A stretch of 64,000 nt of DNA. Source: Octopus vulgaris (taxonomy: Eukaryota). Location of the stretch: the NCBI GenBank assembly GCA_951406725.2, contig OX597825.1, forward strand, positions 22,630,001 through 22,694,000. Reading direction: 5' to 3'. Shown piece after piece: positions 13,781-28,264 of the stretch; positions within the stretch are counted from its first letter, which is position 1, and the number at the start of each line of letters is the position of its first letter. The translations under genes and the position numbers were made by a program. The notes below the pieces were generated by a model. It did not search any database. It was not told the DNA's origin and saw only the letters and a list, made by a program, of their open reading frames with translations.

Positions 13781-14257
13781 TAGGACAAAATAATAAAATT
13801 AGACAAACGGAGTTGCTAACGATATTCCTGCATCGACAAACACCCATACAATTACAGGACACGGCAAATATAATCAAATTGTTTGTTGTTCATCTCTACT
13901 GCGTTATTTCATCGATCCTGAAATGACGAAGAACCAGAATACTCATCGTGACAAACGACGAAATCGTCTCGTGTAAAATGTTGTAAAGTTATCAATTCAA
14001 TTTCATTCTATTTACTGATTCTATTTAGTAAAATATTTATAACCATGTCTGAGATGTAATAGAGAAACTGAAATTTATTATAGATTGCAGAAATTGAATT
14101 GTTATGTAAGGAATAAAAACGAATAAAAGCTGAAATCATGAAAGTTGTAATCTGGAAAATGTCTATGAAAAACCTAGAGTGGGTTATATACATGTATCTA
14201 TCCAGACGATTTAATCGGTGTATTGAATGATATATATACTAACTGATATATATATAT

Positions 14258-14289
<32 letters not shown>

Positions 14290-14360
14290 CGAGAGAGCGT
14301 GAGAAAGAGAGATCCAAACATACATACATACATTATATATGCGCACACATATATAGTATA

Positions 14361-14407
<47 letters not shown>

Positions 14408-14576
14408 GCACTTACATTTGTATGTGTGTGTGTGAAATACAGTGTGTAAATTTAATAAGTCTCAAGCGGTCAAATCTTCAAAATTATTCTCCAAGAAAGT
14501 TAGAGTGATTTTCTTATCTGGAAATAATGAAATCGATACGCTTAATTTAATGATCTCTCGTATTATATTACCTCAC

Positions 14577-14623
<47 letters not shown>

Positions 14624-15347
14624 TGTTTGAAACTTTCAAAATTACTTCATCGGATATTGCTTCCTTTACGAGTGGTGATGCTGAGTATACATGAATCAGC
14701 ATGTGCTGAAGAAAATCATTATTTCAAAGTCCAGGTGTCTGCAATGGTTGAAGAAATTAACAAAGACGCTTCTACGTTGGTACTTAGAAAACTAAACATA
14801 CACTGAATTGACAATTATATGAACTTTTAAAGGGACAGTGAAACGATGCTTGTAGCTATGCGAAGGCTGATAAGTAATTGCAGTAGTGGAGTTCTGGCAC
14901 AATGACTACCCTCCGATGATATGTCATCGTTATTTCTTAACCTGGGTCACCCCAGTTAAATTAAAACTTTGCACTTTGATGAAATGTGTTCCATATGTAT
15001 CTATTATGCATATCTCTAACCACATTGCCCACTTTGACCTTCCATTGTGTAAACCTTAATGGTAGAGTTGTGTAATTCATGGCTGGATTTTCTAGTAAAT
15101 CGATGATAGGACTAAAAGCTACCAAACTGGGAATGTAACCGAGTGTTAAACATTTTTCTCGCATATACATCTGTGCTTGTTATCAAACATTCGCAATCTG
15201 GCAATAAATTTGAGTAATGTTGGTATTTGGAGTAGAGGCTTCGTTTAAAGATATTGAATCTAATTTTAGTGAGCTAAATCGGACTGTTAAAAATTATATA
15301 AATTTCTAGGCCGTTAAAAGAATATATTTTATGTATGTATATATATA

Positions 15348-15695
15348 CGACACTGCATAGTGCCAATGATCCCAGCAATGCCAACACGCTTCAGGACCAG
15401 TTACTGCAACAGCCTGGGTTTCAAGGGCCCACAGTTTTTTTAATATTCTCCCAAATAGTCTGAGGAACTTGCACACAGTAGATGTAGGTTTTTTTAAAAT
15501 CAAAGCTGGACCTCTTCCTGTTGAGAGTCCCAGATGAACCTACCTCACGACAAGAGATGCAAATGAGGGTAGCTACATCAAACTCCATTCTTCACCAAGT
15601 GCCACACATTAGAGGAGGCTCTTAGTAATAACAGTGTAGCAAAACGGCGGTGCATCAGCATGGCCGCAGCTCTGAGCTGAAACTAAAAAGAAAAC
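15348..15695 (+). mobile_element. CR1-group LINE 3' end (ORF2 C-terminus plus 3' UTR)
   Basis: RHCIVPMIP..RTSYCNSLGFKGPQ/FNILPNSLRNL../KSKLDLFLLRVPDEP...SNSILHQ (two frameshifts in T/A runs), stop 15623-15625; tail GGCGGTGCATCAGCATGGCCGCAGCTCTGAGCTGAAAC. Confidence 0.8.
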
Positions 15696-15712
15696 TATAT
15701 ATACATATGTAC

Positions 15713-15768
<56 letters not shown>

Positions 15769-17189
15769 ATGTGTGTGTGTGTGTGTGTATGTAATATATA
15801 TATATGTAAAATATTGTATTCCGCTTACTGTATTTATCTGTTGTGTTTTGTATATAAAACATTGCATTGCGTTTCTTGACTTATCTATTTTTCTATTGCA
15901 TTTAATATTGCATGATATGGTGAACAGTAGCATCATTAGTTATAAGTTCACAGCGGATCGATTACAGATTCAAGCAATTTCTCATCACGAGAGCAACACG
16001 CGTGTATCTACCACTCTTCTTTCCAACAATAACTATGCTTCTGTCTGTGATTACATCATTCACCGATATACTACGAAAGATAAAACATAGCAAGATATAT
16101 AACACATTGCACTCCATTGATATTCGTGCATACACGGGTATCTTCCATTTTATCTGCAAAATTGAATTTAATAATTTCACAACCTGAATAGGTTTGTACT
16201 AAATTACATCTGACATTCATCCGAGAATTTTAAAGAATATTTTTATTGATTATATCGCTTCTTGAATGTGTTTTCAGTTATCCGACATAATTTGTTGTGG
16301 TTCATAGATTAATAATGCTCAAATTTGTCCAATATTCAAAGAATTGAGTTAATTTACATTTTAAATTCCCTTACTGCATTAATAAAATTGTAAAATGTTT
16401 CTCTACATCATTATCTAGCATTCACGTTAAAAAGCACGGGCATTAGCAATTGCTAATAATACTATTACGATAATTGCATCAATAATATACTTCTGTATGT
16501 GTGCGCGTAGGAGCGTGCGTTATGAGTGAATTTTCCTTGTGCCTCGAATTATACAAAACAAACCCAGGTGTGAGACATATTCCAACAGACGTGCTGACTT
16601 CATTTACTTTAATTGCTAATTCGAAATTGAAATTTTTATCTCACAGTTAACCTCCAAGACACTTATTGTTTGTGTTATTTTTAGCTGAAGACTTAAATCG
16701 CTGAAAACTTTCCTTGCAATCATGCATTTCTGACTTCACTTAAAGTTTCCTGTACGCATGTATGCATACAATTAACAATGATTAATAACAGTTTTAGGCA
16801 AAAGCATTTATTTACTAAGTTTTAATTACTGAAAAACTTTCTCTTCACATCTCTTCTTGGAATGTTTATTGATGCAACTACATATTAATCTCTGAAAACG
16901 TTGACTTGTAGCTTAAATTGGTAACTATCACTGTTATTCTTTAAATTGCCATGTCTTTGCAAAAATAAGAAATTAGAGGCAACAGACAGTTCCCGTGTCA
17001 TGATCTAGCAGATCAAAGGTCGACGACAAATAATAGTAATTTGCAAAAGAAATTCCAAGTGTCATTATTCCATTCCATTACTCGTATGTAGTTTCACTTT
17101 AGTTATTTCGCTTATCATATATGTATATATATGTATGTGTATATATATATATATATATACACATATATATATACATATGTATCTATGTT

Positions 17190-17231
<42 letters not shown>

Positions 17232-17577
17232 AACATAGATACATAAGTGTATATATATATATAACAGGAGATGGATAATGGTTCATCCATCTGTTTGTTC
17301 TTTCTTTATTATTCATCTTACTTGCCACCTGCTATTAGCTTGGATGTAGAGTCTGAACGTAGTAAGATTGATGCAGTATGTGTTCCTAATGTATTCAGTC
17401 AGGTGCAGTTAATCGTAAATAATAGAACTGGAATAATACTTTGTCTGACTTTCGCTATATAAGTTTTTGTTCCTATGATTTCGTAATATACACGATTCTC
17501 TTTATCTGACCCGACCCGGTGTTTTACAATTTAAGCAACTGATTCACTAGAATCCTGAACTCATATATATATATATA

Positions 17578-18819
17578 CAGGGTGTCCCAAAAAATGTATG
17601 CACACTTTAAACAATTATAAAGTAGTTGTTTATTAAAAGACACTTCATTTTCAAAATTTAATAGAATCTACTGACATTATTTTATTGTTTTGTCAATGCC
17701 TGTTTTCAAACTGATGTCCAGTCCGGTCCAGGCACTGCTGACAACGCAAAGGAATGGAATCACAAATATCACAAAAGAATTTGTTTGGTATTTGTGTGCA
17801 CTCTTGTCCAATGGCTGCTCTCAAATCAGCGACTTGTAGGTTTCATAGCGTAGAATTTGTCTTTAAGGTATCCCCATAAAAAAGTCTAGTGGTGTGAGGT
17901 CTGGTGAATTCAACCATACCTCTTCATCCAATCCACCTGTTTAGCAAGATCTCATCAATGAAGGATCTAACATAGCAATGGTAGTGTGGGGGTGCCCCAT
18001 CTTGCTGAAAATAAAACTCCTCATCTTCAAACTCTTCTCTAATGCTTGGCATAACAGACTGTTGCAACAAGTTCAAGTAAACGGGACCAGTCACAGTAGC
18101 ATAACAAAAGAATGGTCCAATTAATCCACTTGAAGATAAACCACACCACACAAATATCAAATTAACATGGTGTTTCACCATAACATGCAGATTCTCAGGA
18201 CCCCAGTAGGTGCAATTGTGGCAGTTAATTGAACCATTTAATTTGAATGTGGCTTCATCACTCCACACAATCTTTGTTGGAAAGTGTGCAGCTTCTACAC
18301 ATCGTTCCAAGTACCACTCGCAATGCTGCACTCTTTCGTCTGGATCATCATCATTAATAGCATGGACTAATCTTGGAATGTAACTTTTCCATTGACAATG
18401 CTTCAAAGTGCATTGGACAAATGATTTTGGAATACCCACCTCATGACTCGCTTTGCCGCACAGATTTTCTTGGACTTTGGTGTTCCATTTCCAGTACTCC
18501 TTGCTTTGTTGGGGTTGTTGATGTTCGGGGTCTTCTGGAATGCTTATCGTGGACATTCTGAACAGTTCCATCAGCTTCAAACTTATCTCTAATTCAAGTG
18601 ATAGGATGTTGCATTGGTGGATCTGTTTGAAACTGCCTCCCCAATTGTTTTTGCACTTCAACTGCATTTTCACACTTCCAGTATCATTTTAGAATGAATT
18701 TTCTTTGTTCAAAGCTTAATCTGACTGCCATCATTAAATCCTATAGGTTTCATCTGGAAAGAAAAAATATCAATTGAGTTATCAGCTGCTAAAGTGTGTA
18801 TACATTTTTTGGGGACACC

Positions 18820-18822
<3 letters not shown>
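17578..18822 (-). mobile_element. Tc1/mariner-superfamily DNA transposon (DD41D rosa/Visitor-like), full length but degenerate
   Basis: 32/33-bp TIRs CAGGGTGTCCC(C)AAAAAATGTAT(G/A)CACACTTTA at 17578-17609 and 18790-18822, TA-flanked inside (TA)n. Confidence 0.93.
17700..18715 (-). pseudogene. DDD transposase pseudogene
   Basis: ORF 17924-18673 has [29 protein letters not shown]; SPDLTPLDF.LWGYLKDK continues out of frame near 17850-17910; D-D spacing is 41 if a 4-residue deletion is restored. Confidence 0.9.
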
Positions 18823-18878
<56 letters not shown>

Positions 18879-18879
<1 letters not shown>

Positions 18880-19245
18880 GTGTCGGTGGCACGTAAAAGC
18901 ACCATCCGTTCGTGTCCGTTTGCCAGCTCTGTCTGACCCCGGGTCGGTGGCCCGTAAAAGCACCATCCGTTCGTGTCCGTTGCCAGCATCGCCTGGCCCC
19001 GTGCCGGTGACACGTAAAAGCACCGTCCGTTCGTGGCCGTTTGCCAGCTCTGTCTGGCACATGTGCAGGTGGCACGTAAAAAGCACCCACTACACTCACG
19101 GAGTGGTTGGCGTTAGGAAGGGCATCCAGCCGTAGAAACACTGCCAGATCTGACGAAGCCTTCCAGCTTCACAGACCCCAGTTGAACCGTCCAACCCATG
19201 CTAGCATGGAAAGCGGACGCTAAATGATGATGATGATGATGATGA
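18879..19245 (+). mobile_element. SINE family E with internal ~60-bp tandem repeats and (GAT)n tail
   Basis: Four GGTG(G/A)C(A/C)CGTAAAAGCACC units, then GAGTGGTTGGCGTTAGGAAGGGCATCCAGCCGTAGAAAC...GCATGGAAAGCGGACGCTAAATGATGATGAT. Confidence 0.8.
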
Positions 19246-20320
19246 TATATGTACATGAGAAATTATAAGCGCAAGTTATCATTTTCTCCTCACGTACCTT
19301 GCGTTTCTTTGGGACTACTGCTTCATATGTTCTATATGCAATTGGTTGCTTACAACAACGGATCATTTGCTGCCGCTGACATAATGTCAAGGAATTTTTC
19401 CCTGATAATCCATTGTGGTTAAGCGTCCAATTTGCATTTGGAGTATCAAATGCAGGCGTTCCACACAGCTGCAAGATTGAAAAGTACATAGTGAGCAAAT
19501 GTATGCGGGCTCCTGAAATCAGTTGTAGCGGTCGTATATCTAACTGTACATAAGTTATAGTATATATGTACTTAGAGGAAGATATATTGATAGATGGATA
19601 GATAGAGAGACAGAGAGAGATTGAGAGAGATATTCAAATATATATATATATATATATTTATATAGATAGGTAGATACATACATACATACATACATACATA
19701 CATACATACATACATACATACATACATACATACATACTTACATACATACACACATACATGCATACATACAGACAAATAGACTAACAGACAAGCAGGCAGG
19801 CGTGCAAATAAATAGATTAGACGGATGAAGAGATAGTTAAAGATGTAGCTAGATAGACAAACACACACCATTAAATTATTTAAAATATCGGATGAGTTTT
19901 CAAATAATAAGGCTTCTGTTTTTAACAGGTCCACTAAACACAACGTGGTTTCCTTGTTGGTTGAACTAATTATACAACGGCATGAGGAACCTTTTTTTAC
20001 ATGTTTAAGTGACGTAGAAATTAATCAGTAAGTTTCTTTCGAATGCCCTTATTGCCTTCGCGTATATTTACTGTACCGTGAAGACAAAAATAGTATTGTT
20101 TTATTAATTGAATCATTTACCTGTTCCAGATTAAATCTTCTGGTCATATAGTAGCACAGACGTGTAGGGTTTAGTCGATCAAATAAACTATAGTACGTAT
20201 TTAAGTGTGGTATATTTTTACCGGACATTTTTTCGAAGCTGTTGAGGTCACAGAGGCGTACGCACACACCAACATCGGTTGTGAAGCAGTGACAAAAATG
20301 TATCTGTACGAATACCTACA

Positions 20321-20400
20321 TACGAGCGGGTGCTGGATAGTTCCTGGCTTTAACGGTATCGCGAAAGGCCTAGTTGAAGAGCTTTGAAAAGGGGTGTAAA
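20321..20400 (+). mobile_element. Mariner-like terminal fragment
   Basis: TACGAGCGGGTGCTGGATAGTTCCTGGCTTT resembles mariner TIRs (TACGAGGG....GAAAAGT). Confidence 0.4.
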
Positions 20401-20454
20401 TCTGAGAAGGAAATATGTTGAATAAAGTTATAATTAACTTTTTGTTGGTTGTTT

Positions 20455-20719
20455 GTTTCCTTCTCGAGCCATGCCTGGCTCATAAGTGCCGGTTTCCCGG
20501 TTTCCTGTCCGTCGCAGGTGAGTTGCAAGATGCAGGAGGAAAGAGTGAGAGAAAGTTGTTGGGAAAGAGTCAGCAGAAGTTCGCCATTACCTTCTGTCGG
20601 AGCAGCGTTGAGCTCAGGTGTTTCGCTCATAAACACAAACACCGCCCGGTCTGAGATTCGAACCCGCGATGCCTCGACCGCGAGTCCGCTACTCTAACCA
20701 CTTGGCCATGTGCCTCCAC
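20455..20719 (-). mobile_element. SINE family B head with family-D-type tail
   Basis: Head GTGGAGGCACATGGCCAAGTGGTTAGAGTAGCGGGACTCGCGG; tail GGAAACCGGGAAACCGGCACTTATGAGCCAGG like 28697-28740. Confidence 0.8.
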
Positions 20720-20774
20720 TATTATAATTAACTGGTCATCCTGTATTTCATTTTATCCAAAAGCAGGAAAGTGT

Positions 20775-20960
20775 CAGCCTCCCCTCCTTCACACATAACC
20801 GTATACATTCGCACACATACACAAATGCATACATGGCAGGATTCGCCGTGTTTCTGTCTACCAAATTCACTAAGTCATTGATCTTGGGACAATAGCAGAA
20901 GAGACTTGTTAACCTGCAGCACAGTAGAACCGAAACCGATATCACATTGTTGTGAAGCCG
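20775..20960 (-). mobile_element. Degenerate SINE family C
   Basis: TTTCTGTCTACCAAATTCAC...ATAGCAGAAGAGACTTG. Confidence 0.6.
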
Positions 20961-21773
20961 ACTTTGTTTAGCAAATAATTAGTGTTGTATATTTGAAGTG
21001 AATTAACATGCTGTAATTTTATACATTTCTATACATTTTATACATTTCTATATACATGGATTACATCTACGGAATAACAAAATCAAACCGCTATTTATTA
21101 AGACTCTGAACTGCACGAAATGAACTAACGAATCTGTAAGCAATGGCAACCAATTAAACAGGAAACGAGTTCTACATACAATTGCTGCATTGTTCATCCA
21201 TAAATAGAATTATATTAAATCGCAATATAGCGATCCATCCAAACCTAGGTCGTGATGGCTAAAACGAATTTAAAGGAATGGAAACATACATGGGAAAAAA
21301 AAAACATTATGTGAAAAACGTTCAACAGAGACCGAAGTAATTGTATGCAGCGTTCTATGACTACAGTGAAAAGTTTATTCTGTGATTAACACTATTGAAA
21401 TTACCGTTCTGTTCAAACAGGTATTTCTTTAGAAATGCTACATGTAATTCCTATTATTTGAAAATGTGGATAAACAAACTCGCTTTCACATGTAGAATGA
21501 ATGCATAAACATGTATTTATACATGCACTTAAGCGCTTATATGTGTATTATATACATAAGAAAATACATACAGACGGATATTCACAGAAACACACATATT
21601 AGTGTTCAAATGATCTGAAATTAAACAGTGTTATTGGACGCTCAAGAAAGGAAAGAAAAGAAAGATAATTTCACGTTTCGGGCGGAGCACTTCGTCAGAA
21701 ATACAGAAAAGGTCCAAAGAAGGGAAGACGGAGAAAGAAAATCGCCAACGGTACACATGCGGTCACATATTGA

Positions 21774-21830
<57 letters not shown>

Positions 21831-22050
21831 CACACACACACACACACAAACATATATATATAGATATACAATAAGAGGATTCTAAATAGGAAAGCGTTGT
21901 GCTATTTGGAAGCCTCTTATGGTATTTCTATATGAATAATATATAGTCTAATGACTAATTCGTTTTTTGTGCTAGGTCGCTCGTAATAATAATTTATTAT
22001 TACCCTATTTTATTATATATAGCTATAGATATTCACACACACACATACAT

Positions 22051-22097
<47 letters not shown>

Positions 22098-22098
22098 A

Positions 22099-22131
<33 letters not shown>

Positions 22132-22911
22132 CGTATATATATACACTTGATAGCAAATGTTAATGTTAATGTTAAATACTAAATGTTAATATTAACTTTC
22201 CAACCTCCATTTTCTTTCGCTTCTTCGATATATACATACACACACATATACATATACATACATACACACATATACATACCTACATACAATCACCACATTT
22301 GAGTTGGTGACGTTTATCCAAATATTGTACTTATCTTCACCATAGTGGGTGATCCAGCGAGACATACTTAACAAAAGTAAACGACTGTGCTGTCAGAAGA
22401 AGCAGTATTATTCTTTCTGACATTCTATGAACTCGGTTTGAGAATTAGAAAGTGTTATAAAGAAAGACTAAAGGAAAGAAACAAGAAGACAAAGATATTT
22501 TTACGTAAACGTTATTCCCAAATGATGCACTTCAGAAATACATCAAATATTTATGAAAGGAAACGAGGCAGATGCGTCAAGTGGTGCAGATATGGCTGGC
22601 GAATAAAAGGGGAAAATAAAACAATACTTTTAATGTGATAAATATTTTAAATTGCAGCATCTTAGAATCTCCGTAGGGAATAAATGAAGTTTGAAGGCAT
22701 TGCATGAGAGAAAGGAATTACATTTAAAAAATTTTTAGCAATCATTGCTGTAGTCGAATATAATTAAATCCTTGGAAAAAAAACAACGAATAATTGTTTG
22801 TAGAGACAAAACAATTTATTAATGGTAATAATGGAACTCTTTAAACTTTTTATTATTTACTATATATGTAAAATTTATGTTATTATATTTCGAAATGGTA
22901 TTTTGTCTTTT

Positions 22912-22944
<33 letters not shown>

Positions 22945-23182
22945 TTTTGCCCGATAAACACAGACACTATACATTCGCTTTTCACTTCACACATATTGTT
23001 ATTTGATATTCTTCGTTAGGAAATCTTTCGCTATATATCCTGTGACCTTTTCATCGACTCTCCATGCCACGTATATCCTCTTGTTCTCGTTAGTCCATTC
23101 TGTCTTTCTAAAAATTAGGTATTTCGAAAGTCAATATTCAGGCAAAAAGTAATATACTCCTTATGGCTTATTCTCCCTTGAA

Positions 23183-23735
23183 AATGAACAAAATTTGGCG
23201 TCATTATCAATTACATGAAGAAAGTGCTTTAGCTCCCAAGCACCATTAATGCTGACATGGTTGCTACGTTAATAGATGACGGTCTAGCCTTATCAACGTG
23301 CATAAAAGGGCAACCGAATTTAGGAGAAGGAAAGACAGTTTTGAAGATGACCCCAGGTCTAGACAGCCTGTCACTGCTACCACCGGGAAACCATTGATCG
23401 TGGTGACCACATGGTGATGGATGAGAGGCAATTGACTATATCAAATAGACTATGATATTTGCATACCCCGTAAGAGAGTTGAGAATATTATGCACAATAA
23501 ATTTTGCATGACGATGGTTTCTGCTCTGTGGTGCCACGTATTCTGACACCTGATCGAAATCGCACGAGGCTGATCCTATTATGGGAACATCTGACATTGT
23601 TTCAGGAGTATCCAGCTGGTTTCCCTGAATGTTTTCTAACACAGAAAAAGAGGCAATTCATGCAGTAATCCCAGCCCCCTTGCCTGCTCTAAAGATGCCC
23701 AAGTTCGTTTGTGATAGAGGGGCCAAGGTATGTAC
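23183..23735 (+). pseudogene. Mariner transposase remnant
   Basis: MNKIW...ADMVATL...FEDDPRSRQPVTATT...DHMVMDERQLTI...WCHVF/VPRILTPD-like motifs, with multiple frameshifts. Confidence 0.8.
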
Positions 23736-24315
23736 CATCAGAAGTTCAGCTGCCCTGCTGATATAAATATCCCTTTGAAAATCATATAAAAAGAGAATAT
23801 ATATGAACAGCTATTTTTAAACCTCCACCTTCTGTATCCAGATCATGAATTCATATTCATACCAATAATAATTGAAGAACTGTGCTTAAAGGAGAATCTG
23901 GACAAAAGGGTTTTTAGAAAGAGAAATCGACCAGTTAATTCGTACATTACAAGTGCAGTCTGTGAGTGGAACAGTAAAAATATGCAAGACTTTCCAAATT
24001 TGAATATGTCTGTGTTAACTACAACCCAAAGATAAAGCTGTGTACCTTTGTTGGGAACACGGCTCCCTCCCCAGTGGAAGATTTATAATAATTAAAAAAT
24101 AGAAGAAACATACATACATACATACATACATACATACATACATACATACAAAGAGACAGACAGGCATATATAAAGCATGAGCAGAACCTGAAAGTTTGCT
24201 TTAAGATAGATGGCGTATTTTATAAATATACCTGTTCAAGTATCATAAAAGTATGAAACTAGTATTAGTTCTTTCGAGTGAGTATTTAAGTGGCATATCT
24301 CATAATACATACATG

Positions 24316-24348
<33 letters not shown>

Positions 24349-25609
24349 TTGTGTGTGTGAATATGTGTGTATGTATGTGTGTGTATGTGTGCGTGTGTAT
24401 GTGTGTGTGTATGTGTGTGTGTGTGTGTGTGCTCCTCGACTTACAGGTAATATGTCGAAATGGTCCTTACTTTGCGTTCAATGTTTTCTAAGGCAGGGCT
24501 GTGTAAACACGTTTATTTCTTTGGTACACCCTGCTCCTATTACATTATATTTTTCCATTTTCGCATTTATTCTGTAATCCGTTGTATTTTTTGGTTTCAA
24601 TACTGCACAATGTTTGTACATTAAAACGAAACAATTGATAATAACACAGAAAATACCAGTATATTTTACGATGGGAATGTAAAAATAAAAACAAGTGCAT
24701 TGATTGTCAAGCATACATTATTAATAAAAAAAAGCCTATAATAGTTGCATATAAAAGAAAGTATATTAAACAGAATAAAATTTTATAACTGCGAATGGCA
24801 CAAGTCGAATAGGTTTTACACCAGTGAATGCCAGTAGAGGCTTTGCACAACAATGAAAAGCATAAAACTGAACCAGAATAAAATGCTGTATTTCTCTACC
24901 TGTTGACATTATTGTATTATATCTGCAACAATGACAGAAGAATATAAAAGAGAGAGACAGAGGGGTGTGTGGAGAGAGGGATAAGAAGATAGAATGAGAT
25001 TAATTCAGAGTATATAGCTAGAGAAATAAATGGAGGACGGTAGAGTTGATGGGAAAGCAATAGAAGATGCGCAGATGGTGTGGAATTGAAAGACATGCCT
25101 CTTTTATATTCGCTTATAAAAACGCTTCATAAAATAATGTTCCGAACAGCCATGTCTAAACCAGTTAAACAAAGAAAGACACATTGTCTCCATGACAACA
25201 GAACTATCTATACCATCGTACTGTTATTGTATTTGCTTTTGTCATTGTTGCTTTTGTTACTAAAGTCCAGGGCAAATCTAATCGGATATACCTTTGTCTA
25301 AACACATTCCAAGTGTGTCTAACTTCAGGTACAGGACACACACACACACACACACACACTCATGCACCTACACCATTCAATATGTCTTTCGTTTCTATGA
25401 TTGCCCTATTACATAATTTGAGCATGATTTCCTGGATTTTTCTACAAGAACAAATGATAATATTAAATAACGATAAAGTTGCAAAGTTGCAATTGTCAAT
25501 TCAGCTTGTAGTAGTGTGTTTACAGGGAGAGTTTCGTTGAAACTAGATGCTAGGTGCTTACCAATAACCTAGCGGTCCTGTAACATAGAGTAGCAATAGA
25601 TAATTCTCT

Positions 25610-25802
25610 GGGGGCGTGTGGATTAGAAATTAGGGTTTGGGGACTCATGATTGTATGATTGTTTTTTCGATTCCTGTGCTGTGCGATGTTTAATATCCTT
25701 GAGTGAAATTCTTCATTTCACGTTGGTCCAATTCACACAGTTGACAAAAATTAGTAATCTTACAACATACCGGTGTTCAATCTCGGGCGGAGTATAAACG
25801 CC
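25610..25802 (+). mobile_element. Degenerate SINE family D
   Basis: GGGGCGTGTGG..TTAGGG...TTCGATTCC...CCTTGAGTGAAATTCTTCATTTCACGTTGGTCCAATTCAC. Confidence 0.6.
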
Positions 25803-26918
25803 AGAGAATCGTTCCACCTATTCATTCACCAGGAAAATATAAATACAGGAAAATGTAATACTGTATCAGACATGCACAGAATTCTACGGACAGTGTAACC
25901 TAACAACATTTGAGCATAACCAAAGAGAAGCTGTAATTGCGTCTACTATAGAAGAATTGCAGTTTATTATCTCACATTTTTCATACAATCAATGACACCA
26001 ACATATACACGCAGGCACAAACACAGCATCTTTTAATTGCATATAGTCTTCCGAGCGAGATCTGATTATATTCTTTGACAAATTTCTCATGTAGCTTCAT
26101 AAATGATCGTGATGCGCTGCTCCAAATGTTACAGCTACATTCAAATTGTGTGTTCGTCAAGGGAATCCTTCTCTTAGCATTTTATGCATCATATGATTGA
26201 GATGTAACTATTTAACCTATACGTAGAGATGATATGACAATGCAATTCAGCCTAGTGTTTGTCAATTAACTTCGTTAATTTTATGCAGAAATTATGTCCG
26301 ATATATTGTATTGTCTCAATACTGATTTTAACCATGTAATATGTTTCGTCTATTTACAAAGAAATGTTAAAGCAACCCTAATTAGAGAATATGTAGAAAT
26401 AATCAGGAATTCTGTGAACTGAATACATGTGTATATAAAAGCCGCTTTGGCTGTGCAGATTCAATTTCGTGTATTATCAGAATATGTTAGATTTTGTCGA
26501 CTAATCTTCGAGAAATATTTATTACTATTGCCTGAGATCAATTGAAGATTTGGGTATGGAATTATGACACCGAAATCGAACAGCCGTCTGCTGGATACAT
26601 TGCACGTGTAATGAAAAACCGGCTGGCTTTTTCTCACACAACGTCGCCACGGCTTTGTTTTCAAAATTACGTTATATGTCCATATGTCTGTGGAATTCTC
26701 AGGAATTCAACACAATGACTTGTCACTTAGGTGCAACGAAAAACTGAAATCCGTTTCGTAGAAATCATCAGAATGTGAACAATTTTTTATGCGTATTCAC
26801 ATAAAAGTATTAATATATATACACCTACACACAATATATATACACATTCATACAGGCACACACACAAGTTTAAAAGACTTGATAGTTTCCCTCAGTTAAA
26901 GGATGTATTTGAACATGC

Positions 26919-26967
<49 letters not shown>

Positions 26968-27061
26968 TATAATAACAAATGATAACATTAATTAATCAGT
27001 AATTTCACCAAGTAGAATTCGGCATGAATTCTTTGCTGAACCCTGATTATATAGTATTACT

Positions 27062-27094
<33 letters not shown>

Positions 27095-27134
27095 TTAGAG
27101 ACAAAACCACTATTTGGATTTATTCCCTAATATT

Positions 27135-27179
<45 letters not shown>

Positions 27180-28264
27180 TATACATAAATATTAATATAT
27201 ATATAATATAGTATATATATACATGCATATTTTACACACACATATATATATATGCATATGCATATGTATTTATATACACATATATATATATATGTATGTA
27301 GATATGTAGATTTGTGTGTGAGTGTGTGCGTTTGTGTTTAGCTATTGGTATGTATGTATGTGTATACGTGAATGGTGAACAGCGATAATGTGTCTTTAAC
27401 ACCATGTTAGGGGATAAATACTTTATTTGTTCGAGGATTTTCGAGATTACCTCAGGTTTCATGTGTTGCATTTCAGAATTCTCTCTTCAGAAATATCCTG
27501 GCATTGCGTATTTTCCTTTGCAGTTGCCTTCGTGATATTTCAGGCGTCTTCAAACGTTAACAGGTGCTGCAAAGTGAGATATGCCAAAATACAAAACGGT
27601 CGATGTCGGGAACTCAGGAACTCGCGGCTTTTGTTATTTCTCTCAGGTTAAATTTGGGTCTTAGAAAACGTGGTAAAATATCCGCGCGCATATTTTCCTG
27701 TGCGATTGACAGTTTATGGTTCATATAATCGTGCAGTAAATGCAAAAAACCCCCGTGCAAACTTATAGGGAATATGCATTTGCATTGAAATGTCATGTAA
27801 GCATGTGTATTACAGAATCTACATCCATTTAAATATGTTCATAGTGCATACGCATATCTGGGATTTCATATATGAATATATACGAAACTTTACATAAATA
27901 TATACATATATAAACATATTACATATACTGTAAGGACATAAATATACATATACGCACAGATGTATGCATAGGTATTATGTAATTTGGGAAAAGAATGCCC
28001 ATATATACATACATTCCAGCCTATATTTATAATTAAACCCATGGACAAACACGCACACACACATACACACACAAACTCATAGACACACACCTTCACACTC
28101 ACACACGCACACACACATAAATATATGTATACATACGTCTGGACTTGTATACAAAGCTACTTATCTACGCTTACTTATATACAGATATGTGTGTCTGTTG
28201 GTCTATAATAACCTCTAGATATTGTCGAAAATCCCCAAAGAAAGAACAAAATATATGCGTATAT

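Noticed and set aside
14700-15270. Non-repetitive stretch with ORF 14961-15170
   Set aside because: No recognisable motif; probably decayed TE but cannot be assigned
18884-19090. CRISPR-like repeat/spacer look of the ~60-bp units
   Set aside because: Spacers are similar to one another, there are no cas genes, and the context is a eukaryotic SINE
19150-19175. CTGACGA motif in SINE E
   Set aside because: No downstream GAAA core or helices
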